DNA from: Candidatus Eiseniibacteriota bacterium
Lineage (GTDB): Bacteria > Eisenbacteria > RBG-16-71-46 > CAVPCR01
DNA: 64,000 nucleotides
Assembly (NCBI GenBank): GCA_963823555.1
Contig: CAWGMA010000004.1
Span: forward strand, 384,001-448,000
Direction: 5' to 3'
The translations under genes and the position numbers were made by a program. Shown piece after piece: positions 53,102-62,726 of this stretch; within the stretch, counting starts at the first letter, position 1; each line of letters starts with the position of its first letter. A model generated the notes under the pieces. It saw only the letters and a program-made list of their open reading frames with translations, did not search any database and was not told the origin of the DNA.

Positions 53102-54289
53102 TCATGCGGCTTCGAGGGCCTGACCGAGATCGGCGATCAGATCGGTTTCGTTCTCGATGCCCACGGACAGCCGGACCAGCCCGTCGGTGATACCGCCGGC
53201 GAGGCGCACCTCACGCGGGATCGGGGCGTGCGTGGTCGAGGCGGCATGCGTCACCAGGCTCTCGACACCCCCGAGGCTCACTGCCAGTTTCACCATCTCG
53301 ACCGCCTCGACGAAGCGCCGTCCCGCTTCCAGGCCGCCCCGCAGTTCGAACGAGACCATGCCCCCGAACCCCGTCATGAGGCGTCGCGCGAGCGCGTGCT
53401 GCGGGTGATCCTCGAGCCCGGGATAGTGGACGCGCTCGACCTTGGAATGCCCCGCGAGGTAACGGGCGACGGCGAGGCCGTTGCGATTGTGACGCTCCAT
53501 GCGCGCCGGGAAGGTGCGCAGGCCGCGCAGGAGGAGCCAGGCATCGAACGGCGAGGGCACGGGACCGAGGATCTTCTGCTGATACCAGATTGCCTCGATG
53601 AGCGCGCGCGAGGCGACGACGGCGCCGCCGATCACGTCGGCGTGCCCGTTCAGGTACTTGGTCACGCTGTGCAAGACAACGTCGAAGCCGTGCTCGATGG
53701 GGCGCACGTTCATCGGGGTGGCGAAGGTGTTGTCGATGAGAGAGAGGATCCCGGCATCGCGGGCGATCGCGGCCAGACTGTCCAGATCGGCCACCTTCAG
53801 CGTCGGATTGGTGACGGTCTCGATGTAGAGAAAGCGCGTGCGACCTGGACGGATCGCCGCCTTCACCGCCGCGGCATGGGTCTGGTCGACGAAGGTCGTT
53901 TCGACGCCGAAGCGCGGCAGGAGCTCGCGGAAGAACTCCGTGGTCCCCGCGTAGAGCGAGTGTCCGGCGACCACATGGTCGCCGGACTTGAGAAGGCTCA
54001 GCATGGTCGTTGTGATCGCCCCCATGCCGGAGCTCATGCAGAGGGCGGCCTCGCCGCCTTCCAGGCTCGCGAGCACGGCCTCGGCCTGCTTGGTCGTCGG
54101 GTTTCCCCACCGTGTATAGAGCTCGGCTGGCGCGATGGCGGCCGTGATCTCCGCCCCTCGCGCGGCTGTTCCGAGCTCGAACGTCGAGCTCTGGACGATC
54201 GGAGGCACGACGGAAGGGAGCGGATTCAGATCGTCCCCCGCATGAATCGCCCGTGTGTCGAGATGCAGCTCGCGCGAATGATATTTCAT
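53102..54289 (-). CDS. Cys/Met metabolism PLP enzyme (methionine gamma-lyase / cystathionine gamma-lyase or synthase family)
   Basis: YTRWGNPT, SSGMGA, DNTFATP, HSVTKYLNGHAD (PLP Lys) and AVSLGGVESL. Confidence 0.92.
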   Translation of the reverse strand: MKYHSRELHLDTRAIHAGDDLNPLPSVVPPIVQSSTFELGTAARGAEITAAIAPAELYTRWGNPTTKQAEAVLASLEGGEAALCMSSGMGAITTTMLSLLKSGDHVVAGHSLYAGTTEFFRELLPRFGVETTFVDQTHAAAVKAAIRPGRTRFLYIETVTNPTLKVADLDSLAAIARDAGILSLIDNTFATPMNVRPIEHGFDVVLHSVTKYLNGHADVIGGAVVASRALIEAIWYQQKILGPVPSPFDAWLLLRGLRTFPARMERHNRNGLAVARYLAGHSKVERVHYPGLEDHPQHALARRLMTGFGGMVSFELRGGLEAGRRFVEAVEMVKLAVSLGGVESLVTHAASTTHAPIPREVRLAGGITDGLVRLSVGIENETDLIADLGQALEAA

Positions 54290-54344
54290 CGAAGCTCCAG
54301 TCTGAACCCATTGGGATGGGCTCTGGTCCTACCCGTTGCCGACG

Positions 54345-55151
54345 CTAGTTCAGTTGCGCCGAGGCTTCCCCGTGCAACAGCCGAAGCAAGTTCATCGCTC
54401 CGATCACGACCGCCATGCCGAGAACGAAGACGGCGAACGCCTGCTCGAGGCGGCGAGCCGGCAAGTGCCGCGCGAGCCGCAGTCCCCCGGCCATGCCGAG
54501 AATCGCCATCGCGACGTAGACTGCCGCCTGGGTCCACAGCACCGGTTCCCCGCGCGAGTGACCCCACAGGCCCGCCGCGGAGTTGATGACGATCACAGCC
54601 AGCGAGGTCCCGGTCGCCCGCTTCATGTCGAGACCGCCGGCCAGAGTGAGCGCGGGAACGATGAGGAACCCACCCCCCACGCCGAGGAATCCGGTGAGCA
54701 CGCCGATGCCGAGCCCGATCGGGAGCAGGCGCAGCAGCGAGTGACTCGGAGGGTGAACACGCTCGCCTCCGGGCTGCGGAGTCGCCCTCGGTGCGTTCGC
54801 CCGTTGGCTCCGTCGCCACATGGCGACCCCGGCCACCGCCATGACGGCGGCAAAGAACAAGAGCAGGACCTCGTTCGGCACGCGGGGGGAGAGGGCGGCT
54901 CCCAGGTGCGCCCCCGGGATGCCGCCGGCGCCGATCGAGAGCGCCGCCCGGGTGGCCACCCTGCCTTGCCTCGCGCTCAACACAGCTCCGAAGAGGCTGG
55001 CTGTGCCGACGATGGCCAGGGAGAGGGGTACGGCCTCGTGCGCATCCATGCCCGCGAAATGGACGAGCAATGGAAGCGTCAAGATGCCGCCACCGGCTCC
55101 CAGGAGGCCCAGGCAGAGGCCGACGAGAACGAAGAGCAAGAGGACGATCAG
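54345..55151 (-). CDS. TauE/SafE (TSUP) sulfur-compound transporter
   Basis: Duplicated GLLGAGGG / GFLGVGGG motifs, ATGTSL and about eight TM segments. Start uncertain (CTG 55151 or TTG 55139). Confidence 0.88.
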   Translation of the reverse strand: MIVLLLFVLVGLCLGLLGAGGGILTLPLLVHFAGMDAHEAVPLSLAIVGTASLFGAVLSARQGRVATRAALSIGAGGIPGAHLGAALSPRVPNEVLLLFFAAVMAVAGVAMWRRSQRANAPRATPQPGGERVHPPSHSLLRLLPIGLGIGVLTGFLGVGGGFLIVPALTLAGGLDMKRATGTSLAVIVINSAAGLWGHSRGEPVLWTQAAVYVAMAILGMAGGLRLARHLPARRLEQAFAVFVLGMAVVIGAMNLLRLLHGEASAQLN

Positions 55152-55180
55152 GTTGTGGCTCCTTCACCAGCCGGGGCCGG

Positions 55181-57322
55181 CTACTTGAGCATGGCCATGC
55201 GCCGGGTGATCGTCTCCCCGTTGGCGTTGAGGCGGTACAGATAGATGCCCGAGGGAGCCTGCGAGCCGTTGGCGTCCCGGCCATCCCAGACCACATCGTG
55301 CTGGCCCGCGGGCAGCGTCCCGTTGACGAGCGGCCGCACCAGACGACCGCTCACATCGAAGACGGCGAGCGAGACCTCTTGATCGGTAGGCAGCGCAAAA
55401 CCGATCGAGGTCGATGGGTTGAAGGGATTCGGCTGGTTCTGGGCCAACTCCACGCGGACCGGGACCGGTCCAGTTGCTTGATCGCCCACCGCCGCCGTGG
55501 CCGGCGTCATCGCCACGTCGAGGATGGTGACGGTCGCCGCGGCAATGGTGACCTGGGCCTGCTCCTCGAGGTAGTCGGGGTGCGTGAAGCGGAGCGTGTA
55601 GGTCTCGACCGGCAGGGAGAGCGAGTACTGGCCTCCCGGGTTGGTCGTTGTCGTCTCGGTGCCGCCGACCACCTCGATCAGCACTCCCTCGATCGTGGTC
55701 TCGGTCGTCATGTCGAACACGGTGCCGGTGACGGTCCCGACGCTGCTCATGCCGAGGGCGGCCTGCACCGCCTCGTAGCAATCGAGCTTGCCGGCGCCGT
55801 AGACATTGTCCTTGCCCGCCGGGCCGAGGTCGCCTGCCGTCGTTTGCAGGATCATCTCCATCTGCTCGGGGGTCAGGTTCGGATTGGCCTGAACGACGAG
55901 GGCCATGCCGCCGGCCACATGCGGCGTGGCCGCCGAGGTTCCGCTGAACGACATGTAGCCCGAGCCCAGGGCGGTCGTGCGCGTGTTGGGGCCGGGGGCG
56001 ATGACGTCCGGCTTCAGGAGCCCGGGCTGGCCGCCCCACCACGGGTAGTCCTGGTACTCCGGCAGCATCGTGTAGGGGTAGATGGGCCAGTGGGCGTTGA
56101 TATCCTCCCAGGCGAACGGACCGACCGATGAGTAAGCGGCGATCACGTTGTTCTGGTCGACAGCGCCGCAGGCGGTGATGGCGCTCACACCGGCTTGCAC
56201 CTGATCCGGATGCCGCCAGGGAGAGGGACAGCAACCCGGGGCGGCGATGTTGAAGGGAATGGGGTCGGTATTCTGATTGTCGCCCTCGTTGCCGATCGAG
56301 TTGGCGTGATGGATGCCGGTGAGAAGCTCGTTGTCGGTGTTGGTGCGCCACCACTCGTAGTTCGGTTTCGGGCTGAAGCGCCACTTCTCCGAGTTGCTGC
56401 AGGAGATGACATCGGCGCCGTTGTCGATCGCGTACTCGAAGCTCTGGACCATCTGGCCGAAGGTGCCGAAGCGGCAGGACATGAGGAGCGCGCGCGGCGC
56501 GACCCCGGTGTTGGTTCCTGCCGCGCCGTCCCCGGCGACGATGCCGGCGCAGCCGGTGCCGTGGCTGATGCCCGGGGAGGGATTGTTGTTGTTGTTCTGG
56601 AAGTTCCAGCCCCAGGTATCGTCGATGAAGCCGTTCTGATCGTCATCGATACCGTTCGCCGGGATCTCGTCCGTGTTGTTCCAGATGTGCGTGGTGAGAT
56701 CGGTGTGATTCCGATCGATGCCCGAATCGACGACGCAGACCGTCACTCCCTCGCCCTGATAGCCCAGGGCCCAGGTCTCGGGAGCGCGCACGTAGTCGAG
56801 CTGCCACCAGATCTGCGCTTCCTGGTCCGAGGTGGATACGGGTTCGGCCGGCTCGGTCAGATCCTGGAGCTCCTCGGCAGGGATCTCGGGGTCCCAGTAG
56901 ACCGTATGGATCTCATCGAAGGCGAGAAGGCCATCGATGGTGGCCGGGGTCATGTGGGCGAGGATGCCGTTCGAGAGCCAGAGGGGCTCTACTCGGGCCG
57001 CCTGGTCCTGGGCCTCGGCGGCGCGCAGGAACCCCCGGAGGCGTCCCTGACTCGCGTCTGCCAGGTGCTTGAGTTCACCCACGGCGAAGGCACGGCGCTC
57101 GGCGCGCCCGAGTCGCTGGGCGATGGGTAGCAAGGTCTCGACGTCGGCCTGATCATCCATGACGATGAGGACAGGGATGAGCTCCTCGGCGCTGGCGAGA
57201 CGGCGAACGACCTCGAGCTCGGGATCGATCGCGACGCCGGGGGTCGCCTGGGCCGCTCCGACCACCAGGCCGGCGGCGAGCAGGGCGACCGCGAGGGACG
57301 CTCGGTAAGGCATCTTCCGCAT
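55181..57322 (-). CDS. S8 serine peptidase with carboxypeptidase-regulatory-like and FlgD-like domains
   Basis: Catalytic triad VVDSG / HGTGCAG / GTSAATPH, DDDQNGFIDD Ca-binding loop, and NQPNPFNP tail. Confidence 0.9.
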   Translation of the reverse strand: MRKMPYRASLAVALLAAGLVVGAAQATPGVAIDPELEVVRRLASAEELIPVLIVMDDQADVETLLPIAQRLGRAERRAFAVGELKHLADASQGRLRGFLRAAEAQDQAARVEPLWLSNGILAHMTPATIDGLLAFDEIHTVYWDPEIPAEELQDLTEPAEPVSTSDQEAQIWWQLDYVRAPETWALGYQGEGVTVCVVDSGIDRNHTDLTTHIWNNTDEIPANGIDDDQNGFIDDTWGWNFQNNNNNPSPGISHGTGCAGIVAGDGAAGTNTGVAPRALLMSCRFGTFGQMVQSFEYAIDNGADVISCSNSEKWRFSPKPNYEWWRTNTDNELLTGIHHANSIGNEGDNQNTDPIPFNIAAPGCCPSPWRHPDQVQAGVSAITACGAVDQNNVIAAYSSVGPFAWEDINAHWPIYPYTMLPEYQDYPWWGGQPGLLKPDVIAPGPNTRTTALGSGYMSFSGTSAATPHVAGGMALVVQANPNLTPEQMEMILQTTAGDLGPAGKDNVYGAGKLDCYEAVQAALGMSSVGTVTGTVFDMTTETTIEGVLIEVVGGTETTTTNPGGQYSLSLPVETYTLRFTHPDYLEEQAQVTIAAATVTILDVAMTPATAAVGDQATGPVPVRVELAQNQPNPFNPSTSIGFALPTDQEVSLAVFDVSGRLVRPLVNGTLPAGQHDVVWDGRDANGSQAPSGIYLYRLNANGETITRRMAMLK

Positions 57323-57563
57323 GGGCTTGAGTCCTCCAGGAAGGCGAGTCGAAGAGTGTGGCATTCGGCGGTTCCGGGCGGAGGGAGGTCGCCCTGCCAG
57401 CGCAGGACCAGCTGATCCCATTGCCTGACGCTGGATAGCGAGGCAGGATCCACGGTCGATAGGCCATTATATCAGGAAACTCAAACGCCCATGGTAGGCG
57501 TTGGCGGGGTCCGGGGCATCGCGAGGCGCGAGGGGGAGTTACCTCGGCTGTTCGGGAGGGTTG

Positions 57564-60278
57564 ATGAGCGCGGAAAGCAAGGCATCCGGCGGCTCTGATG
57601 CCGGTGATGGCGCGAAGCCCCCTGCCGGTGGCGGATCGGGCGCTCCCTCCTCACGGCGCGGGCGTGAGGCCGACCCCCTGGCTGTCTACAAGGCCAAGCG
57701 CGACTTTGCCCGCACGCCCGAGCCTCTGACCGATGCCGACCCCACGGCCGAGGCCCCGGCGGAGGCCCCCATCTTCTGCGTCCAGAAGCACCAGGCGCGG
57801 CAGCTGCACTACGACTTCCGACTCGAGATGGGCGGTGTCCTCAAGTCCTGGGCCGTGCCGAAGGGGCCATCGCTCGATCCCGAGGAGAAGCGGTTCGCGG
57901 CTCGAACCGAGGATCACCCGCTCCCGTATGCCGACTTCGAGGGCGTGATTCCCGAGGGCAACTACGGGGCCGGGACGGTCATGCTGTGGGACCACGGGAC
58001 CTGGGAGCATCTGGGTCCGAGCTCCGACCCCGAGGCCGATCTCGCGACAGGCAAGCTCGACTTCGCTCTGCACGGGCGAAAGCTCGATGGGCGCTTCGCA
58101 CTCGTGCGCCTCAGAGGCGGCCGCTCCCCAGAGGGAGAGCCGCAACCCGGGCAGGAAGCGAAGGAGTGGCTTCTCCTCAAGAAGGGCGATGCGTTCGCTC
58201 GTCGCGGAAGCGACATCGCCGCGGAGGCCGATTTCTCGGCCAAGACCGGGCTCTCACTCGAGGAGATTGCGGTCGATTCGCCCGCGGTGTGGAACCCCGA
58301 AACCCGCCGCCTGCTCGTGTCCGAGCCCCGCGTGGAGCGCGTGCCGATGCCCGACTCGGTGGCGCCCATGCTGGCCACTCTGGCGGACACCCCACCGGCG
58401 GGAGACCGGTGGCTCCACGAGCTCAAGCATGATGGCGTGCGGGTCATCGCCTACCGCCGCCGCGAATCCACGGCGGTCGAAGATCATGCGTCGCCGGTCG
58501 AGCTCTCGAGCCGGAGTGGGCGCGATCAGACTCTCCTCTACCCGGAAATAGCCACGGCGCTCGGGAAGCTGGTCGCCACCGAGTTCATTCTCGACGGTGA
58601 GATCGTCACCCTCGATGCCGAGGGCCGGGCGAGCTTCCAGCGCTTGCAGCCGCGGATGCAGGCCTCTCCGCGCGATGTGGAGCGACTGCGGCGCGAAGCG
58701 CCCGTGGTCGCCTTCTGCTTCGATATCCTCTACCTCGATGGCGTCGATCTCAGGCGAATGCCCGTCGAGGAGCGCAAGCAAGTGCTTGCTGCGCTCCTCG
58801 AGGGCGCTCCCCCGGAGCTCATCTACTCGGATCACATCATCGGGCACGGAGCGGACTTCTTCGCCTTGGCGTCTCGGTCCGGAGTCGAGGGCATCGTCTC
58901 GAAGCGGCTCGGATCGTCCTACGTCGGCCGCCGATCCAGTTCGTGGATCAAGGTCAAGCGAGTCGAGGATCGCGAGTTCGTGGTCGGGGGGTTCACGGCG
59001 CCGCAGGGCTCACGCACGCACTTCGGCGCCCTGCTCATCGGACTCTACGATGCCGCGGGAGCGTTGCACTATGTCACACGAGTGGGATCGGGATTCGACG
59101 CGGCGCGCCTGGCCGCGATCCATGCCGAGCTCATTGCACGCGAGTGCGCCGAGTCTCCCTTTGCCGAGGCCCCGGCCATCGCCGATGCGCGATGGGTCCG
59201 ACCGGAACTCGTCGCCCGCGTCAAGTTCGCCGAGTGGACTCGCGATGGCGGGCTCAGGGCACCGGTGTTTCTCGGCATGGTTCCCGACCTGGCCCCGGGA
59301 GACTGTCGCCAGCCGACGGGTGGGGCCGAGCCGCAACCGGCAACCGCCGGGGCGGTCCGGCGCGGTGCGATCGTCGATCTCTCGCCGCCGCCGGGCGCAG
59401 TGCGCCTCGCCAATCCCGACAAGGTGCTCTTTCCCGAGGATGGAATCACCAAACGCGATGTCTTCGCCTACTTCCGGCTGGTGGCACCGCTCCTCCTCGA
59501 GCATCTGGCCGACCGTCCGCTGTCGTTGCAGCGTTGGCCCGATGGCATCCATGCCCCATCGTTCTTCCAGAAGGACGCGCCGGATGTCCTGCCGCCCTAT
59601 GTGCGCACCGAACCGATAGCGGGCGAGGAGGGCAAGCGGGTCACAAGGTTCATCATTGCCGACAACGAGGAAACGATACTCTGGCTGGCCAATCTGACCG
59701 CCTTCACGCTGCACCCATGGGGCTCGCGCATGGGGACGCTCGACCATCCGGACTTCATGATCGTGGATCTCGACCCCAAGGATGCTCCCTTCGCGCGCGT
59801 GGTGAGCGTTGCTTCCCGGTTGCGTGAAGTGCTGATCGCGATCGGGCTCCGCGGCTATCCGAAGGCGACGGGATCGAGCGGGCTGCACGTCTATGTGCCA
59901 CTGGCCCCGATCTACACGTACGAGCAAGTGCGGAGCTTCGCCGAGCTCCTCGGCCATGTCGTCGTGGCCCAGCTCCCGGAAGAAGCGACGCTCGAGATGA
60001 AGGTCAGCGATCGGGGTGGGAAGGTGTTCATCGACTACCTGCGGAACCAGAGGGGACAGACCGCGGCCGGTCCGTATGTCGTGCGCGCCTTGCCGGGAGC
60101 CCCGGTGTCCGCTCCTCTGGCCTGGGACGAGGTCAACAACGAGCTCTCGCCTCGCCCGTTCACGATACGCAACATGGAAGCGAGACTGGCCGCCGTCGGT
60201 GATCGGTGGGCGCCTGTGCTCACCGACCAGCAGCATCTCGAGGGTCCGCTCTCCGCGCTGGAACGCCTGATCGGCTGA
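57564..60278 (+). CDS. ligD: DNA ligase D (phosphoesterase + ATP-dependent ligase + polymerase)
   Basis: PE domain QKHQARQLHYDFRLE. Ligase ELKHDG, EGIVSK and WIKVK. Polymerase NPDKVLFP, DLDP and GLHVY. Confidence 0.95.
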   Translation: MSAESKASGGSDAGDGAKPPAGGGSGAPSSRRGREADPLAVYKAKRDFARTPEPLTDADPTAEAPAEAPIFCVQKHQARQLHYDFRLEMGGVLKSWAVPKGPSLDPEEKRFAARTEDHPLPYADFEGVIPEGNYGAGTVMLWDHGTWEHLGPSSDPEADLATGKLDFALHGRKLDGRFALVRLRGGRSPEGEPQPGQEAKEWLLLKKGDAFARRGSDIAAEADFSAKTGLSLEEIAVDSPAVWNPETRRLLVSEPRVERVPMPDSVAPMLATLADTPPAGDRWLHELKHDGVRVIAYRRRESTAVEDHASPVELSSRSGRDQTLLYPEIATALGKLVATEFILDGEIVTLDAEGRASFQRLQPRMQASPRDVERLRREAPVVAFCFDILYLDGVDLRRMPVEERKQVLAALLEGAPPELIYSDHIIGHGADFFALASRSGVEGIVSKRLGSSYVGRRSSSWIKVKRVEDREFVVGGFTAPQGSRTHFGALLIGLYDAAGALHYVTRVGSGFDAARLAAIHAELIARECAESPFAEAPAIADARWVRPELVARVKFAEWTRDGGLRAPVFLGMVPDLAPGDCRQPTGGAEPQPATAGAVRRGAIVDLSPPPGAVRLANPDKVLFPEDGITKRDVFAYFRLVAPLLLEHLADRPLSLQRWPDGIHAPSFFQKDAPDVLPPYVRTEPIAGEEGKRVTRFIIADNEETILWLANLTAFTLHPWGSRMGTLDHPDFMIVDLDPKDAPFARVVSVASRLREVLIAIGLRGYPKATGSSGLHVYVPLAPIYTYEQVRSFAELLGHVVVAQLPEEATLEMKVSDRGGKVFIDYLRNQRGQTAAGPYVVRALPGAPVSAPLAWDEVNNELSPRPFTIRNMEARLAAVGDRWAPVLTDQQHLEGPLSALERLIG

Positions 60279-60303
60279 CGCGGGGACGAACCGGCCGGTC
60301 CCG

Positions 60304-60531
60304 TCACTCGGCCGGTTCGTCCGGAGCGGGCGAGCCGGGATCCGGAGCCGGGTTCTTCCGCGCCCGGCCCCGCCGCTCTTCGACGGCTCGCCGCAGGATG
60401 AACTCGATCTGCCCGTTCACGCTGCGAAGCTCGGCATCCGCCCAGCGCCGGAGCTCCTCGTAGAGCTTACCGTCCAGCCGCAGGGGAAAGGCCTTGCGGG
60501 GCTTCTCCCCGCCGGCTCCCGTCCGTGGCAT
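60304..60531 (-). CDS. Arc/ribbon-helix-helix DNA-binding protein
   Basis: KAFPLRLD...WADAELRSVNGQIEFILRRA. Confidence 0.85.
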   Translation of the reverse strand: MPRTGAGGEKPRKAFPLRLDGKLYEELRRWADAELRSVNGQIEFILRRAVEERRGRARKNPAPDPGSPAPDEPAE

Positions 60532-60540
60532 GGCCCGCTC

Positions 60541-61407
60541 CTACGGGTACAGCGTCCCGGTGTTGACCACGGGAACGGTGTGATGGTCGCTGCACAGGAC
60601 GACGAGCAGGTTGGAGACCATGGCTGCCTTCCGCTCCTCGTCGAGCTGCACCAGCTTGGTCTTCGACAGCTCGGCGAGGGCGAGCTCGACCATGCCCACC
60701 GCTCCTTCGACGATCTTGGTGCGTGCCGCGACCACCGCGCTCGCCTGCTGGCGCTGCAGCATGGCCCCGGCGATCTCCGGCGAGTAGGCCAGGTGACTGA
60801 GGCGAGCCTCGATGATCTCCACGCCGGCGCGCCCGAGGCGCTCCTGGAGTTCGGCCTGCAGCCGGTGGCTCACCTCATCGGTGCTGCCGCGCAGCGTGAT
60901 GTCGTGCTCCTCGCCATCGTAGGTGTAGGCGCTGGCGAGGTGGCGGAGCGCGGATTCACTCTGCACCTTGACATACTCGAGGTAATCGTCGACCTCGAAC
61001 TCGGCTTCGAAGGTGTCCACGACCCGCCAGACGATGACCGCGGCGATCTCGATCGGATTCCCGGCCTTGTCGTTCACCTTCAGCTTCGCGCTCTCGTGGT
61101 TGCGCACGCGCAGCGAGATCTTGAGCTTTCTCATGAAAGGATTGGCCCAGAAGAACCCGTTGCTCTTGACCGATCCTTGGTAACGGCCGAAGAGAAGCAG
61201 CACGGCCGCCTGGTTGGGGTTGACGATGAAGAACCCGATGCTGGTGAAGATCGCTGCGGCCAGCACGATGAAGGCTGGAATGAGCTGCGCAGCTTCATCG
61301 TTGCGGCCAGCTTTCACGATGAGCCAGATGGCCACGACATAGAGAAGAATGTCGAGCCCGAGCATCAGCCATCCCGAGCGGGCCCGAACGACACGTTCCT
61401 GACTCAC
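60541..61407 (-). CDS. SPFH (band 7) domain membrane protein
   Basis: Two TM segments, [18 protein letters not shown] and [20 protein letters not shown] start after AAGGAGG. Confidence 0.92.
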   Translation of the reverse strand: MSQERVVRARSGWLMLGLDILLYVVAIWLIVKAGRNDEAAQLIPAFIVLAAAIFTSIGFFIVNPNQAAVLLLFGRYQGSVKSNGFFWANPFMRKLKISLRVRNHESAKLKVNDKAGNPIEIAAVIVWRVVDTFEAEFEVDDYLEYVKVQSESALRHLASAYTYDGEEHDITLRGSTDEVSHRLQAELQERLGRAGVEIIEARLSHLAYSPEIAGAMLQRQQASAVVAARTKIVEGAVGMVELALAELSKTKLVQLDEERKAAMVSNLLVVLCSDHHTVPVVNTGTLYP

Positions 61408-61456
61408 GAGAGTCCTCCTTGCTGAGGCGACGGGCCATCCGTCGCTTAATACCAGG

Positions 61457-61502
61457 ATGATATCATAATGACATCGAGGTTACAATATATTCACAATCTA
61501 TT
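61457..61502. promoter_or_regulatory. AT-rich divergent promoter with TGATATCA palindrome and 11-bp-period direct repeats
   Basis: ATGATATCAT at 61457-61466. ACA at 61471, 61482 and 61493. TACAATATATT / CACAATCTATT tandem at 61481-61502. Confidence 0.55.
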
Positions 61503-61585
61503 CGAATCCAACGCATTTCAGCCCCCTCCAAAGGGGTGAACCAAGGGTCGAACTGCCGCACGAAGACAGCCAAGGAGATGAAGCC

Positions 61586-61825
61586 ATGAAGAAACTGGAC
61601 GTGCTCGCCGCCGTGCTCCTCGTGATCGGCGGTTTGAACTGGGGACTCATCGCTCTCACCAACACGGATCTTGTCGCGCTCATCTCGGGCGCCGGCGCCT
61701 TCGGCGCCAAGAACGTCTTGGGGTCCCTGATCTACGCACTCGTGGGAGCCGCTGCCATCTATCAGGCTCTCGGATGGCAGGCCATCCAGCGGCGGTGGGC
61801 GCCTGTCCGCATCCAAGGAGCCTGA
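61586..61825 (+). CDS. DUF378 small membrane protein
   Basis: LLVIGGLNWGL...DLVA...IYALVGAAAIY. Confidence 0.9.
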   Translation: MKKLDVLAAVLLVIGGLNWGLIALTNTDLVALISGAGAFGAKNVLGSLIYALVGAAAIYQALGWQAIQRRWAPVRIQGA

Positions 61826-61988
61826 AAGTCTGGGGGTACCCAGGAAAGGTGGTCTGCCCTGGTCCAATGGGGGGCGCCGGGGCAGACCTACCTGGGTCCT
61901 CATCATCGAAGTCTCGCGATTCGCTTGAATTCACCGGCCTTCACAGATGGGCCCGTTCGTCAAACCGAATGAAAGAGGAGCAACTCAC

Positions 61989-62561
61989 ATGGACCGTTCC
62001 CTTCGTATCACCTTTGCCAGCGCGCTGATCATCGCCTCTTCCAGCTCGTTCACCTACGCTGATCATTGCAACGATGGAGCGTCGCACAGCGCCACCAAGG
62101 CGGTGGCAACGACGCAGGTCGCGGCGACCCAGAGCGCCAACATCATCGCTACGGCCAGCGCTGCCGGCAGTTTCGGGACGCTGCTCACCGCCATCTCGGC
62201 CGCTGATCTCACCGATGCGCTGAAGGGTGAAGGACCCTTCACGGTGTTTGCGCCGACCGATGAAGCTTTCGCCAAGCTCCCTGACGGGACCGTGGACGCT
62301 CTGCTCAAGGACAAGGCCAGGCTGGCAGAGATCCTCAAGTACCACGTGGTCGCCGGTGAGGTGACGTCGGCGCAAGTCGTGAAGTTGACCGAGGCCAAGA
62401 CCCTGCAGGGGCAGAGTCTGACCATCGCCGCCAAGGACGGGGTGACCGTCGACGGAGCGAAGGTCGTGAAGGCGGACGTCATGGCGTCGAACGGTGTCAT
62501 TCATGTCATCGACCACGTTCTCATTCCGCATGCCGGTGAAACGCACGGCTCGGCTCAGTAG
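61989..62561 (+). CDS. Fasciclin (FAS1) domain secreted protein
   Basis: [20 protein letters not shown] and [13 protein letters not shown]. Confidence 0.93.
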   Translation: MDRSLRITFASALIIASSSSFTYADHCNDGASHSATKAVATTQVAATQSANIIATASAAGSFGTLLTAISAADLTDALKGEGPFTVFAPTDEAFAKLPDGTVDALLKDKARLAEILKYHVVAGEVTSAQVVKLTEAKTLQGQSLTIAAKDGVTVDGAKVVKADVMASNGVIHVIDHVLIPHAGETHGSAQ

Positions 62562-62576
62562 GTCGCTCAGTAGGTC
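62553..62576 (+). repeat. 12-bp tandem duplication covering the fasciclin stop codon
   Basis: GCTCAGTAGGTC twice in tandem. Confidence 0.7.
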
Positions 62577-62726
62577 CCAGAGGGGTTGAATGGGCGCCCC
62601 TCAGGTCACGGCGTCGGGCTCAGGAAGTGGACGAAGGCGGCTCTCGTCCCCTCCGGGCTCGGCGCCCGATCTTTTTTTCGGAGCAGAAGACGGAGTAGAC
62701 TGCGCCCGGCGAGGAGGGCTTTACCG

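Noticed and set aside
62553..62576. 12-bp direct repeat as a target-site duplication or CRISPR remnant
   Set aside because: The two copies abut with nothing between them, so simple slippage is sufficient.
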